This document shows, one piece after another, positions 1-10,048 of a DNA stretch of 64,000 nt. The notes beneath the pieces were generated by a model that did no database searches, was not told the origin of the DNA, and was given only the letters and a program-made list of their open reading frames with translations. Location of the stretch: positions 96,001-160,000 of the forward strand of contig JAEOTA010000004.1 of assembly GCA_016840085.1 (NCBI GenBank), given 5' to 3'. The DNA comes from Promethearchaeota archaeon. Lineage in GTDB: Archaea > Asgardarchaeota > Lokiarchaeia > Sigyniarchaeales > SOKP01. Numbering within the stretch: position 1 is the stretch's first letter; the number at the start of each line of letters is the position of its first letter. Both the position numbers and the translations under genes were made by a program.

Positions 1-501
1 TTTTCTGGAGAAGCAACTGTTCCCGGAGGAAATAAGGAAAGTGCTCTGGACGAAAAAGAAACAAAAACCATCCATCCTAACCGAATTGTGTTTAGAGAAG
101 ATGCTAGCAATAAAGCACATACAATATTCGCACCTGGTGGCGATAGACGTCGTGCAGTTGTCAAAATGGGCATCATTACAATATCTCGTATAGCAACTCA
201 AATAATAGCTGTGTTTTCATGTGATCGGGATTTAGTTCCTCAATTTGAATTCTTTAATGATGTAAGATTCTTCCCTGATCATATATATGTGTGCCTTAAT
301 AAAGTAGATCTGGTTGAAGGAGATAAAGAAAAGATAATTGAGGAGGTTACAAATAAAATAAAAGAATTTTTTGAAAAACGAAAAATTGAGATCAATGAGG
401 TTTTTGTAACCTGTGGTGAAAAAGTTGAAAATTTTGATGAAGTTGAGAAATACAACAATCGTGTTCCAGAAATGATTTTAGAAATCACTACAAAACAGTA
501 A
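1..501 (+). CDS. Small GTPase-like (Ras/MglA/Arf-like P-loop) protein, 5'-partial
   Basis: Frame is open from base 1. LNKVDL matches G4 (NKxD), VTCG resembles G5, and TIFAPGG sits at the G3 position (non-canonical). The P-loop lies upstream of the window. Confidence 0.65.
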   Translation, partial: FSGEATVPGGNKESALDEKETKTIHPNRIVFREDASNKAHTIFAPGGDRRRAVVKMGIITISRIATQIIAVFSCDRDLVPQFEFFNDVRFFPDHIYVCLNKVDLVEGDKEKIIEEVTNKIKEFFEKRKIEINEVFVTCGEKVENFDEVEKYNNRVPEMILEITTKQ

Positions 502-589
502 TATTTTTCTATTTTTTATGTTTTCACTAAATTCATATCTACAATTAGAAAAAAAATAGAAATTTTTTCTCTAACTTGAAGATAAATTA

Positions 590-1303
590 TTAGTGAAGGT
601 TTGCTTTTTTGATATTTTGGTATAAAAGTATAAAAAATAGAACGATGCTTGTTATTCCTAATATTATAAATGGTATAGATAATCCAAATACTATTCTAAA
701 AATGAATATTTCTGGATTGGATATAATTAATCTATCTAGAAGAACACTTAATCCTATATATAAACAAAATATAGATGTCATAATCAATATACTTTTTATT
801 GGTTGAGAGTAAACCCTCCGGATCTTAAATAGTGTATAAATTAATACTGGAAATAAAATTAGAAAGAAGATAGAATAAATAACCATTTCGTTAATTTGAA
901 GTATTTGAGCAATCCAATATTCATCACCACCTTTATATATATTTAACATATTTGGAATATACTCAATTATTTTCATCATAGAATTTATAAATGAGAAGGA
1001 AATTCCAAATATTTTATACTTCTCAGTTTTTTCAACTAAAAAAATTCCAAAATAAGCTAGAATTATAGTGATTAGAGGTCCTATGAATTCAATAATTAAA
1101 ATACTAGTATTATTTAATGGTGTAATAACTTCCCAAGAAAGATAATACATAGTGAATTCTCCTCCTTGAATTATGGTGGCAAAATAATGTCCTAATTCAT
1201 GCAGAAAAAGAGACAAAACTAAGCAGGAAATAAAAATACATATAAAGAATTTAGTTATTAAAGTCTCGACTTTTTCAGTAGGATTGAAATCTTTAGAATT
1301 CAT
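590..1303 (-). CDS. Membrane zinc metalloprotease, M50-like
   Basis: HELGH (HExxH) follows a TM helix; GP motif and GGD motif; multiple TM segments. Confidence 0.65.
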   Translation of the reverse strand: MNSKDFNPTEKVETLITKFFICIFISCLVLSLFLHELGHYFATIIQGGEFTMYYLSWEVITPLNNTSILIIEFIGPLITIILAYFGIFLVEKTEKYKIFGISFSFINSMMKIIEYIPNMLNIYKGGDEYWIAQILQINEMVIYSIFFLILFPVLIYTLFKIRRVYSQPIKSILIMTSIFCLYIGLSVLLDRLIISNPEIFIFRIVFGLSIPFIILGITSIVLFFILLYQNIKKANLH

Positions 1304-1384
1304 TTTTGTTGTTTTTAGTATATATTAGAATATAGGGATTCTCTATTAAATGAATTCTTTTTTCAGATCCTTCAGTTATTAGAT

Positions 1385-1900
1385 CTATTTTTTTAATTTT
1401 AACGCTAATTTTATAAATAATTTTTCAAGATCAAGTTGATATCCTATAAGAGGGGATAATCTAACTTCTCCCAAATTTTTATTTAATTCTAAATATCCCA
1501 TTTTTCTTAATTCATTTAAATCCTCAATAATACCTTTTTTTTTTCTTAATTCTTGAATCTCATGAATTTTACCAACCCCTAAATTCTTCAAACAACAAAC
1601 TAAGGTACAAAATAAGGTTGCAGCTAATCTTGGTTTTCCTTCAAATGGATTTGCTGATATAAAATCCGAAACATCTGAATCAAAGCTAGTAAACCAACGA
1701 GAATTCAACGGATTAAATCGAATTTGAAGCCCTAATGGTTCAATGTAATTTGATAAATTAGTAATTAGATCTTGGAAATGAATTGATTTATTTTTATCTT
1801 TGATATTTAACGTATTTAAAATTTCTTCTTTTGTTGCTCCCATTTCAAATAAATTTAATTTATTACTTAATAATTGCATTAAAATTGTGATTTCATTCAT
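1385..1900 (-). CDS. Tandem winged-helix kite subunit (ScpB/Nse1/Nse3-like)
   Basis: Two wHTH-like halves (EEILNTL...LGLQIRFN; DLNELRKMGYLEL..VRL). Last gene of the SMC operon. Confidence 0.6.
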   Translation of the reverse strand: MNEITILMQLLSNKLNLFEMGATKEEILNTLNIKDKNKSIHFQDLITNLSNYIEPLGLQIRFNPLNSRWFTSFDSDVSDFISANPFEGKPRLAATLFCTLVCCLKNLGVGKIHEIQELRKKKGIIEDLNELRKMGYLELNKNLGEVRLSPLIGYQLDLEKLFIKLALKLKK

Positions 1901-1917
1901 TATTATTTATCAACTCT

Positions 1918-2568
1918 TCACAAGTATAAAAAATTACTTTCTTTCTGATATTTTATTTTTCCTAATTGGAGTAAATGTAAAATATAAACAAATTCTTCAT
2001 AAATTATTATTTGATCATGTTCATCTTCAAAGATGTCATCAAAAGAGCAAGGAAGTTTATACTTGATAGCATTGAAAAAGTCCATCATTTTTTCAGTATA
2101 TTTATGTGTTGGGACTTCTAGTAAAAAGTCTTCTTTTACTTTCAGTCTTTCTATTGCTTCAATACTAAATGAGTGTCTTTTAGCAGAACTTAGTTTATTT
2201 TTAGAACATTCAAGGAAATTGATAGAAAGAGGATTAATATTAAATGGTTGTCTCCAACAATCTTTAAACAAATCATTAATTTCTTTATCTTTTGGTTTTG
2301 ATTTTAAAAATTCTAAGAAGACATTCTCATTATCTAAGTAATTCATTAAAATTTTAAATTCTTCAAATTTTTGCTTTAGAAGTGTAAAAGCACTTTGGTA
2401 TGTTTTCGAATACTTTTCAATATTATATACATTTATTGAGTCCTTTAGATTTTCAAAAATAGGAACCAGTTCTATATCTAATAAAGAAAGATCTCCAGAA
2501 AGAACCTTAGTTCTGATATCCTCAATTCTTTTATTTAGTTCCTTAGAAAAATCTTTTTTCTCAATCAT
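1918..2568 (-). CDS. Kleisin subunit (ScpA/Nse4-like)
   Basis: N-terminal LSLLDIELVPIF and C-terminal EEFVYILHLLQLGKIKYQKE resemble the ScpA N and C motifs. Lies 10 bp downstream of the SMC gene. Confidence 0.65.
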   Translation of the reverse strand: MIEKKDFSKELNKRIEDIRTKVLSGDLSLLDIELVPIFENLKDSINVYNIEKYSKTYQSAFTLLKQKFEEFKILMNYLDNENVFLEFLKSKPKDKEINDLFKDCWRQPFNINPLSINFLECSKNKLSSAKRHSFSIEAIERLKVKEDFLLEVPTHKYTEKMMDFFNAIKYKLPCSFDDIFEDEHDQIIIYEEFVYILHLLQLGKIKYQKESNFLYL

Positions 2569-2578
2569 TTCAATTTTC

Positions 2579-5500
2579 TTATTTCTTTTTTATAATTTTC
2601 GGCTTAAAAACTGAAGAAACTTCATTTTTCCCAACCCTAGCGATTCCGATTACTTTTTCAGCAAGAAGAAATAATGAGGTGGAAGATTTCGGTAAAAACA
2701 TGAATAATTGTATTGGGTTTTGTTCCAATGTTGCTTTTATTAATTGATACGCCACTTCAGAATTTTTTTCATCTAAAAACATCCCCGCTTCATCAAACAT
2801 ACAAAGTGGAGATGGTTTAATCTCTTGAAGAGATAAGATTAAGCAAATTGAAATTAAAGAAACTTGCCCTCCGCTTAATGCAGTAAAAGATTTTAGCTGC
2901 TCTTTTGAGGTAGCCGCTCTTATATTAACACCCAAGTCTTCAAAATTTCCTGAAAGTTCAAGAGAACAATAGGAATTAATCTGAGAATCCTCAAACTTTT
3001 GATTTACCTTAGTCTGGAGACTTTCAAGAACTACACTAAATTTATCATTATAAGTATTTTCTAATTTATTTTCTGCTTTAATAGCTGCTTTAATATCTTT
3101 TTCTAAATCTTTTTGATTTTTTGAGATTTCTTTTAATGAAGCTATAATTTGATCTCTTTCAACTACAATTGAATCATCAACATCGAAATAATTAAGTAAT
3201 TTTTTATCGATTTGTAAGATATCTTTCTCAATTTCCTTGATTGAGCGAAGTTTTATAATTTGCTCAGAAATTAAAGGACCAATTTCAGAATTAATTCTTT
3301 TTAAATCATTCTTTTTAGATTCAAGATCTTGATTATACGAATTTAACTTAACATTCTCTTGTTCTAATTTTAATATAGTTTGCATGTTATTTTTCTCGAT
3401 TTCGCTTTTTTCTTTTTGGAGTTGCATCCTTGTGGCTCTTAATTCTGAAATGGTTTGTTCTATTATATTAATTTCTTCTTCAATATCTTCTAATTGCCTG
3501 TAGGTATTAAAAGCAGATTTATCTGCTTTCCTGAAATCTTCTTTTTTCTTTTCATATTCCGATTTTAATATATTACATTTATTCTTATGCTCGGTTAATT
3601 TATCTTGTACTTCTTTTAAAATATCTAAGTTTTCTTTAAGTTTTAGATCCCACTTTTTCTTTTCTTCATTTAAAAAAGATAATTCATTAGGTATTTCTTT
3701 AACTCTATCATTCCATTTAAAAAATTTAGGATCAGTTTGGGATTGTAAATTTTTAATATTAAAATCTAATTCTTGAATCTCTTTTTTTAAGGATGATTTA
3801 TCTTTTTCAAAATTATGCATTTTTTCATATAATTGATTCTTTTTTGTTGTTATTCTCTGTTTTTGATTGAAATTATATAAAAGGTCGTTGAATGCTTCTT
3901 TTTTTTTAAAAATTTCCTTTTGGTTATTGTCTAAGCTTGATTGTTTAACTTTTAATTCTGAGATCTCATCATTTAAACTCTTAACCTCTGATTCTAAAAT
4001 GCTTGACTGTTCTTTTTGGGTTGCTGCACTTAATAATCCTTTCAATCTCTTAATATAAGGTGTTTCATAGACATACTTATAAGACACTATTTGTTCACCT
4101 TTTAAAGTAACACATTTCCCTCGGAAATTAAGCGAATTATAAAGATTTGTTCCAGAACGATAATCTCTTACAACAATACAATTTTTAACTTTAGAGTAAA
4201 TAACTTTTTTAATATCTACATCATTATTTAAAATTTTTATTAATTCTGCTATGTACCCCACAACCCCCTCCGCAGAAATTTTCATTAAGGGTTGAATATT
4301 TATATTCTTTGGTAGATAGATGTTACAATATGCGCCATATTTCTCTTTTAATCTCTTTAATAAACTTAAAGTATCCCAATCCTTAGCAATGAAACTATAA
4401 AGTAATTTTTCACCTAAAACTGATTCTATAGCATAACTTAACTCATCATCATATTTAAGATAATCAATAATAGGACCTTTAACTCTTAACTCTCTTTTTT
4501 TTATCTCTTCCTTTAAAATAGAAATGGTTGATGGAAGAATAACTCGACGTTCTCTAAGCGAAACTTGTAAAATTTTTAATTTGTTTAGTCTTTTAGATTT
4601 TTCAATTTCTAATTTCTTTATTTCAGAATCAATTTCATAGATTTTTAATGAAGCTTCTCTTAATTGTTTATCAAGTTGTTCTAAAAGGTTTTTAGTAGGA
4701 TTTTCCAAAAACCATTTATTTTTTTCTAATTTATGCTCTATATCCTTAAAACTCTGAAATAACTGATTGATTTCATCATTTATCGTTTTAATTGACTTTT
4801 CATTTTCTTTAACTTTACTGATTTTTTGAGTTTTTTCGGAAATCACTTGATTATATTCATCTAAAAAGAGGTTATTTTGTTTGATTTTCTTTACTAGTTG
4901 ATTTTGCTCTTTTAGTAAATCATCGATTTGAATTTCAAGGTGTTTGATTTCATTCATTATTATTTTAATTTCATTATCTAAGCTCTCTTTCTGCTTTTCA
5001 AAGTTGATTACTAATTTTTCTATTTTATTGATATTTTGAGAATATGCATCTAATTCTTGTTTTACTAATATTTTCTCTTTTTGCCATTTCTTTATTTTTG
5101 CTATTAGGTCTTTTTGTTTATATTTTAGTTCACCAAATTTTTCTGAAAGTTTATTAATGTTTTGTTCCTCAGCATTAATTTCATTTACTAACTCTACTAT
5201 TTTTTTATCATGCTTTCCTTTTTTCTTTTTAATCTCTTCAATAACAAGCGTGAGATTTTTAACTATTTCTTCAATTCTGATAATTTCTTTTTGCAATTTA
5301 TCTCTATTTGCCCATAAAAGTTCATCATGAAACCTGTTTCTAATTACCAATAATTCATTTTTCTTCTTTAGTCGTTCTAATTTAGGTGTCAGAAATTCTA
5401 AACTAATATTTAATGTATTTTTCTTACTCATTAATGATTTAAGGTCATTATTCAAATTACTAACATTTGATTTTTGTTGTAATATCTCATTTCTCAAGTT

Positions 5501-6055
5501 CTTCAGCCCAATTCCTTCTTCAAGGAAAGCACATAACTCTGTTGGCTTTAAATTTTTAATAGCATCAATTTTTCCTTGACTTACAAAAGCAAATTGATTA
5601 TCAGGATTAATATTTAAAGTTCTAATCAATTTTTGAATTTCATATACTTGGATTTTTTTAAATTCTTTATCTTCCTTTAGTTGTATTTTAAAATATGGAG
5701 ATTGCCCTCTGATAACATATCTCCTTATTTTTATTATTTCTTCTTCATGTTGTATATGAATTTCAACCATAGCATGATTTTGACCATTCCTAATGAAATC
5801 TGACCATTTAGTATACCTTTCATCTCTTTCATTGCTTCCTAAAGCAAATTTAATCGCTTGAAAGATCGATGTTTTTCCACTCCAATTAGGACCAACAATT
5901 ATTACAAATTTGGCATCTCCAAAATCCACTTCATCTTTTTGAAAGGATAGAAAATTTTCTAAAATGACTTTGTCGATGAAAATCTTCCGATTTTCTGTAA
6001 AATTCAATTCTTTTTTTCTTGGATTATATCTTGATTGAGAAGCCAAAATTTCCAC
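2579..6055 (-). CDS. smc: SMC family ATPase, Smc5/6-like
   Basis: Walker A GPNWSGKT, Q-loop region LNINPDNQFAFVSQGKI (Smc5-like), long coiled coils, central hinge (VKGPIIDYL...AIESVLG), signature LSGGQ, Walker B/D-loop PLCMFDEAGMFLD. Confidence 0.92.
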   Translation of the reverse strand: MEILASQSRYNPRKKELNFTENRKIFIDKVILENFLSFQKDEVDFGDAKFVIIVGPNWSGKTSIFQAIKFALGSNERDERYTKWSDFIRNGQNHAMVEIHIQHEEEIIKIRRYVIRGQSPYFKIQLKEDKEFKKIQVYEIQKLIRTLNINPDNQFAFVSQGKIDAIKNLKPTELCAFLEEGIGLKNLRNEILQQKSNVSNLNNDLKSLMSKKNTLNISLEFLTPKLERLKKKNELLVIRNRFHDELLWANRDKLQKEIIRIEEIVKNLTLVIEEIKKKKGKHDKKIVELVNEINAEEQNINKLSEKFGELKYKQKDLIAKIKKWQKEKILVKQELDAYSQNINKIEKLVINFEKQKESLDNEIKIIMNEIKHLEIQIDDLLKEQNQLVKKIKQNNLFLDEYNQVISEKTQKISKVKENEKSIKTINDEINQLFQSFKDIEHKLEKNKWFLENPTKNLLEQLDKQLREASLKIYEIDSEIKKLEIEKSKRLNKLKILQVSLRERRVILPSTISILKEEIKKRELRVKGPIIDYLKYDDELSYAIESVLGEKLLYSFIAKDWDTLSLLKRLKEKYGAYCNIYLPKNINIQPLMKISAEGVVGYIAELIKILNNDVDIKKVIYSKVKNCIVVRDYRSGTNLYNSLNFRGKCVTLKGEQIVSYKYVYETPYIKRLKGLLSAATQKEQSSILESEVKSLNDEISELKVKQSSLDNNQKEIFKKKEAFNDLLYNFNQKQRITTKKNQLYEKMHNFEKDKSSLKKEIQELDFNIKNLQSQTDPKFFKWNDRVKEIPNELSFLNEEKKKWDLKLKENLDILKEVQDKLTEHKNKCNILKSEYEKKKEDFRKADKSAFNTYRQLEDIEEEINIIEQTISELRATRMQLQKEKSEIEKNNMQTILKLEQENVKLNSYNQDLESKKNDLKRINSEIGPLISEQIIKLRSIKEIEKDILQIDKKLLNYFDVDDSIVVERDQIIASLKEISKNQKDLEKDIKAAIKAENKLENTYNDKFSVVLESLQTKVNQKFEDSQINSYCSLELSGNFEDLGVNIRAATSKEQLKSFTALSGGQVSLISICLILSLQEIKPSPLCMFDEAGMFLDEKNSEVAYQLIKATLEQNPIQLFMFLPKSSTSLFLLAEKVIGIARVGKNEVSSVFKPKIIKKK

Positions 6056-6068
6056 ATCTTGTTATATT

Positions 6069-7292
6069 TTATTTACCAAAGGCTTGTTTTATACGATCGA
6101 CTCTTTTCTTCGCTTTTTCTAAATTAATTTGTGTCATATTTGGAGAATCATTTAAGATGAAGGGATATTTTGCTAATAACTTCCTATCATTTTCTTCTAA
6201 TGGGTCATTTTTATTCAATTTATCAATAATAATAATAAGTTCATTATAATTTTTTGAAGCAGCATTTTCATATAATTGGTTTAACATAAATTCTGAAATA
6301 CGCATTTCTCGGATATCATCAACAAAATTATCAATATTTTTTATCTGATCGACACTTTCTTTTACTTTTTTTGGATAAACATTTTCACTTTCAACCCCTT
6401 CCTCCCTGATATCTTTAACATTTGTAATTTCTAAAGACTTAGTAGATATGGAGGGTAAATATTCACCTGATTTAATTAAATTAAGTAAACTGTCTGTAAT
6501 TTCATTGCTTGTATTATTTAACTCATAATTTAAAAAATGCCTTAAAATTCCAACTTTTAACAATTGCTTAATATCTTTTACTTCCCAATTCTCTGTATTA
6601 TTTACAATAGCACTAATATCAAATACGACCTTTGGGTTATTTTCTAAGAAATCTCGAAGAACTGTCTCTCGTTCAATTTTATTTAACATATTGATTTTAA
6701 TAAAAAGATCAAATGTATTATATAAATTATTTAAAAGTCCTTTAATTTCTTGAAGATTATAATTAATCCACACTAAAATTATGCCTAATTCATTACAATT
6801 AAATGAAATCTTATTAGTGTGTTGTGCTCTTATAAAAATATCTAATAAATTCTTCTCTTTGAAATTTTGATTATGAAACAGCTTCTGGTCAATTAAAAAT
6901 AATCGTTTTTCATTAATTGTGTCTGCTTTTTCTTCTAAATTATCTCTTAATAGCCTAGAAATTGAATTTAAACTTTTGAAAAAATCATCAGGAGTTTTTA
7001 TTACATCTTTTTTATTAAATTCAATGAAGTCTATATAATAATTGATTGAAATTAGTCTTAAAAAATCTAAAATGTCTGTTCCAGGATTTACATTAATCAA
7101 AATAGCGCCTTTTGGCTCTATATAACCCTTCAAAGTTATATCTTGATTTTTTGTCAATATTAGCTTAATATAATTTATAATGTCATTATATTTATCTCGA
7201 TAGAATATGTCTTCCTTATTAATATTGATTTCGGAAGGAGAAACCGCTCGAAAATACTTTGAAAATTCTGGAACATTATTTAAACCACTCAT
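6069..7292 (-). CDS. Degenerate (catalytically inactive) AAA+ ATPase-like protein
   Basis: EPKGAILINVNPGTDIL aligns to PKGVLLYGPPGTGKT but lacks the Lys. The lid region FDLFIKI...ERETVL...DISAIVNNTENWEVKDIKQL resembles the CDC48/PAN lid. Confidence 0.6.
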   Translation of the reverse strand: MSGLNNVPEFSKYFRAVSPSEININKEDIFYRDKYNDIINYIKLILTKNQDITLKGYIEPKGAILINVNPGTDILDFLRLISINYYIDFIEFNKKDVIKTPDDFFKSLNSISRLLRDNLEEKADTINEKRLFLIDQKLFHNQNFKEKNLLDIFIRAQHTNKISFNCNELGIILVWINYNLQEIKGLLNNLYNTFDLFIKINMLNKIERETVLRDFLENNPKVVFDISAIVNNTENWEVKDIKQLLKVGILRHFLNYELNNTSNEITDSLLNLIKSGEYLPSISTKSLEITNVKDIREEGVESENVYPKKVKESVDQIKNIDNFVDDIREMRISEFMLNQLYENAASKNYNELIIIIDKLNKNDPLEENDRKLLAKYPFILNDSPNMTQINLEKAKKRVDRIKQAFGK

Positions 7293-7637
7293 AGAAGACC
7301 TCTATTTATATGATCAGTGAAATTTATGAACACTATTTACATACCAATTTATACATAAATATTTAGCGGTAATTGTATTTAGCGATAAAAACATCACCGA
7401 CAAAAACCACAAAATATAAATAATAGTATTTTTTTTTATAAACTTTAAAATAATTAATCACACTTTATTTCTTCTTCACATCTAATAGTTAAATCTTTTT
7501 TTTAAATATTTAAATAAAATTCTTAGAGAAAAATTACTTTCTATTCTATATTATAATGTTCTATTGATCTACTTACTTGAATATCTTCTTATTACGAAAA
7601 TCGAAATCTTAATTTTTAAATAACAAATTATTTTATT

Positions 7638-9031
7638 ATGGGTGCTATTAACACACCACGCGAATTGCATGGATCAAGACTTTTAGGGTATGCAATAGGT
7701 CAATTTGGTTTAATTTTGACAAATATGTTTGTTAGCGTGTTTATTTTCCAGTTTTATGTTTATACAATTAATTTAGATTCCATACTTACTTCAATCGGGA
7801 TTTCCATCCAACTTATTTTTTCAGCATTCTCATCAATTTTTTTGGGATTGTAGCAGATAATAAAAAACCTGGAAAATTTGGGAAACGAAGACCATTTATG
7901 CTTTATGGATTACCCCTCTGGATTTTCACAAGCATTATTATATGGTTTCCCCCAAAATGTCCTGAAACGAACCAATTATATCTACCTACAGCAATTTTCT
8001 TATGGGGGATTTTAATTTTAAAAACGATTTCAGGATCATCGATATTAACAGTACATCTATCAATGCTTACAGAACAATCTCAAACTCATAAGAATAGAGA
8101 AAAGATAGCAGCTGTAACTACTATTTTTAGAATAATCTCATCGATTTTTGCTTTATTATTACCATTAATGGTTCAAAGCTTTTTACCAGATCCTGAAAAT
8201 GTGAAATGGTGGGAACCTTCGGGAAAAATTATTCTTTCTTATATACCATATGTAGGGATTGGATTTACACTTTTTGGATTAACTGCCATTATTATTACTT
8301 TCTTCTCAATAGATGAAAGTTTTCATGACATTTCTACTCCTTTTGCAGAGAAAAAAAGTTTTAAATCTCTTTTTCCACAAATGACTGTACCTTTAAAAGA
8401 TAAAAAATATAGAAAATTTCTTGCTGTACGACTATTTAATGCGATGGCAGGTAGAATACTAGGAGTTATCGTTATACCCTTTTTGACCTATACGCTTCTT
8501 TTTAGAGGGAATAGTTTTTATATTTATGTATTAGTCTCAGTAACAAGTAAATTTATAGGTTTTGTTATTTGGCGTAGAATCCTTAAAAAACACGCGGTAA
8601 TAAAAACTTATACAATTTGTATTTTAGCTTCTGCTGTTTCTTCGTTATTAGATTTAATCTTTCTAATTAATAATCTTCCAGCTAGTTTTGAAATAGTTTT
8701 ATTCATAATATCTATCGGTACAATTTTAGGTTCTATGTATGGTTTTGGTCTTTTTAATCCCCCATTAGCTAGCGCATTAGTTTATGAAGCTGCTGAAAAT
8801 AAAAGAGAATTTACATTAGATGAAGCTGTTTCTAATATCTCAGGTGCATATTTTGGATTAAATTCTTTTATTTTATCAATAGGACAGTCAATATCTTCTC
8901 TCCTTATTGGTTTTATTCTTACTGGGGCTAACGCAGAAAACTCAACAATAATAACTCTTACCTTATCATCTATGGGTATATTCTATTTAATTAGTTTATA
9001 TTTTCTTAGAAAACTCAAATTAAAGAAATAG
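7638..9031 (+). pseudogene. MFS transporter (GPH/MelB-like) split by a 1-nt frameshift in a T7 run
   Basis: ORFs 7638-7853 and 7898-9031 join if one T is added at 7837-7843, restoring GIVADNKKPGKFGKRRPF (the GPH motif D..GKFGRRRPF). Confidence 0.85.
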
Positions 9032-9076
9032 AATAGTAAAATACAAGGAGTAAAAAAAAAATAAAAATTTTTCAAA

Positions 9077-9325
9077 TTACTTTTGTTCCCATGGCATACA
9101 GAAAAATCCCTTTTCTAATTCGTATTTTGAGAACAATCCGCAACCGAAACAACTACAACCCTTATTTTTCACTTGATCTCTGGGTTTAGTTGTTTGACCT
9201 CTTGAACAAAATAGGGCATGCGGCTCAAATTCATTGAGTTGATTTGGTTTGAATGAAGGACAAGGTCCACAGAATTTTCTGCATTCATTCATTGACTCTT
9301 CAGTATCTGGTACTGGTTTTGGCAT
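9077..9325 (-). CDS. Small Cys-rich protein, DUF2769-like
   Basis: Pattern CxxxCxxCPS...LFCSRG...CSCxGCxLF...Y.L..GFFC. Confidence 0.7.
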   Translation of the reverse strand: MPKPVPDTEESMNECRKFCGPCPSFKPNQLNEFEPHALFCSRGQTTKPRDQVKNKGCSCFGCGLFSKYELEKGFFCMPWEQK

Positions 9326-9496
9326 TATTTTTCACTTCTCTTTTAAGATTTTAAATTATTTTTTCTATTTTTTTTTCAATTTCCGAAATTAATTTAATAC
9401 CAATTTCGAATTAAGAAAAAGATAAGTAGGTATTCTTTTAAATTTAATAATTATAAACTATTAATTTTGAAAAAAAGTATATTTTAAAATCTAAGT

Positions 9497-9883
9497 TTAT
9501 ATTAATTCTTGATTTAATAAATCGAAATATGAATCAATTTGTTCTTTTACAATGTCATAATGAGTAAATTTACCTTTTTTCCATCCTCTAATTAATCCTG
9601 CATTTTCGAGGATTTTTAAATGATGTGATATTGATGGTTGAGATTCATCCAAGACAGCTTCTAATTCGCACACGCATCGATCTTTTTCTCTTAAGATGTT
9701 TATTATCATAAGACGCTTTATATTTGATAATGCATTCAAAAACGTAATTAAATCTTCAAAATGGGTATCTTGAATTAATCCATCCCCTAGTTCACGTAAT
9801 TTTTTGAAGTGAAGATCTGGATTCTTAACATCTTCACATTTTATCAATTTAGCCTTAATTTCTTCCTCATGCTCGATATTCAT
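9497..9883 (-). CDS. arsR: ArsR/SmtB family transcriptional regulator
   Basis: RCVCELEAVLDESQPSISHHLKILENAGLI is a classic ArsR box with CxC. Divergent from acr3. Confidence 0.9.
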   Translation of the reverse strand: MNIEHEEEIKAKLIKCEDVKNPDLHFKKLRELGDGLIQDTHFEDLITFLNALSNIKRLMIINILREKDRCVCELEAVLDESQPSISHHLKILENAGLIRGWKKGKFTHYDIVKEQIDSYFDLLNQELI

Positions 9884-10048
9884 TTAGAACACTATTCAAT
9901 ATTTAAATTTTTAATTATTCAATAATTATAAAGATAAACAAATTTATATTAGTTTATTCAAATCAATAAACTTTTATTTGAATAAAAATTTTATTATTTA
10001 AGATTGCACATAAATTTCTAAAAATTAACAGATAAAGATTGAAATATC

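Noticed and set aside
1385-7292. Wadjet (JetABCD) defence system
   Set aside because: There is no TOPRIM nuclease (JetD), the kleisin is small and ScpA-like, and the SMC motifs are Smc5/6-like.
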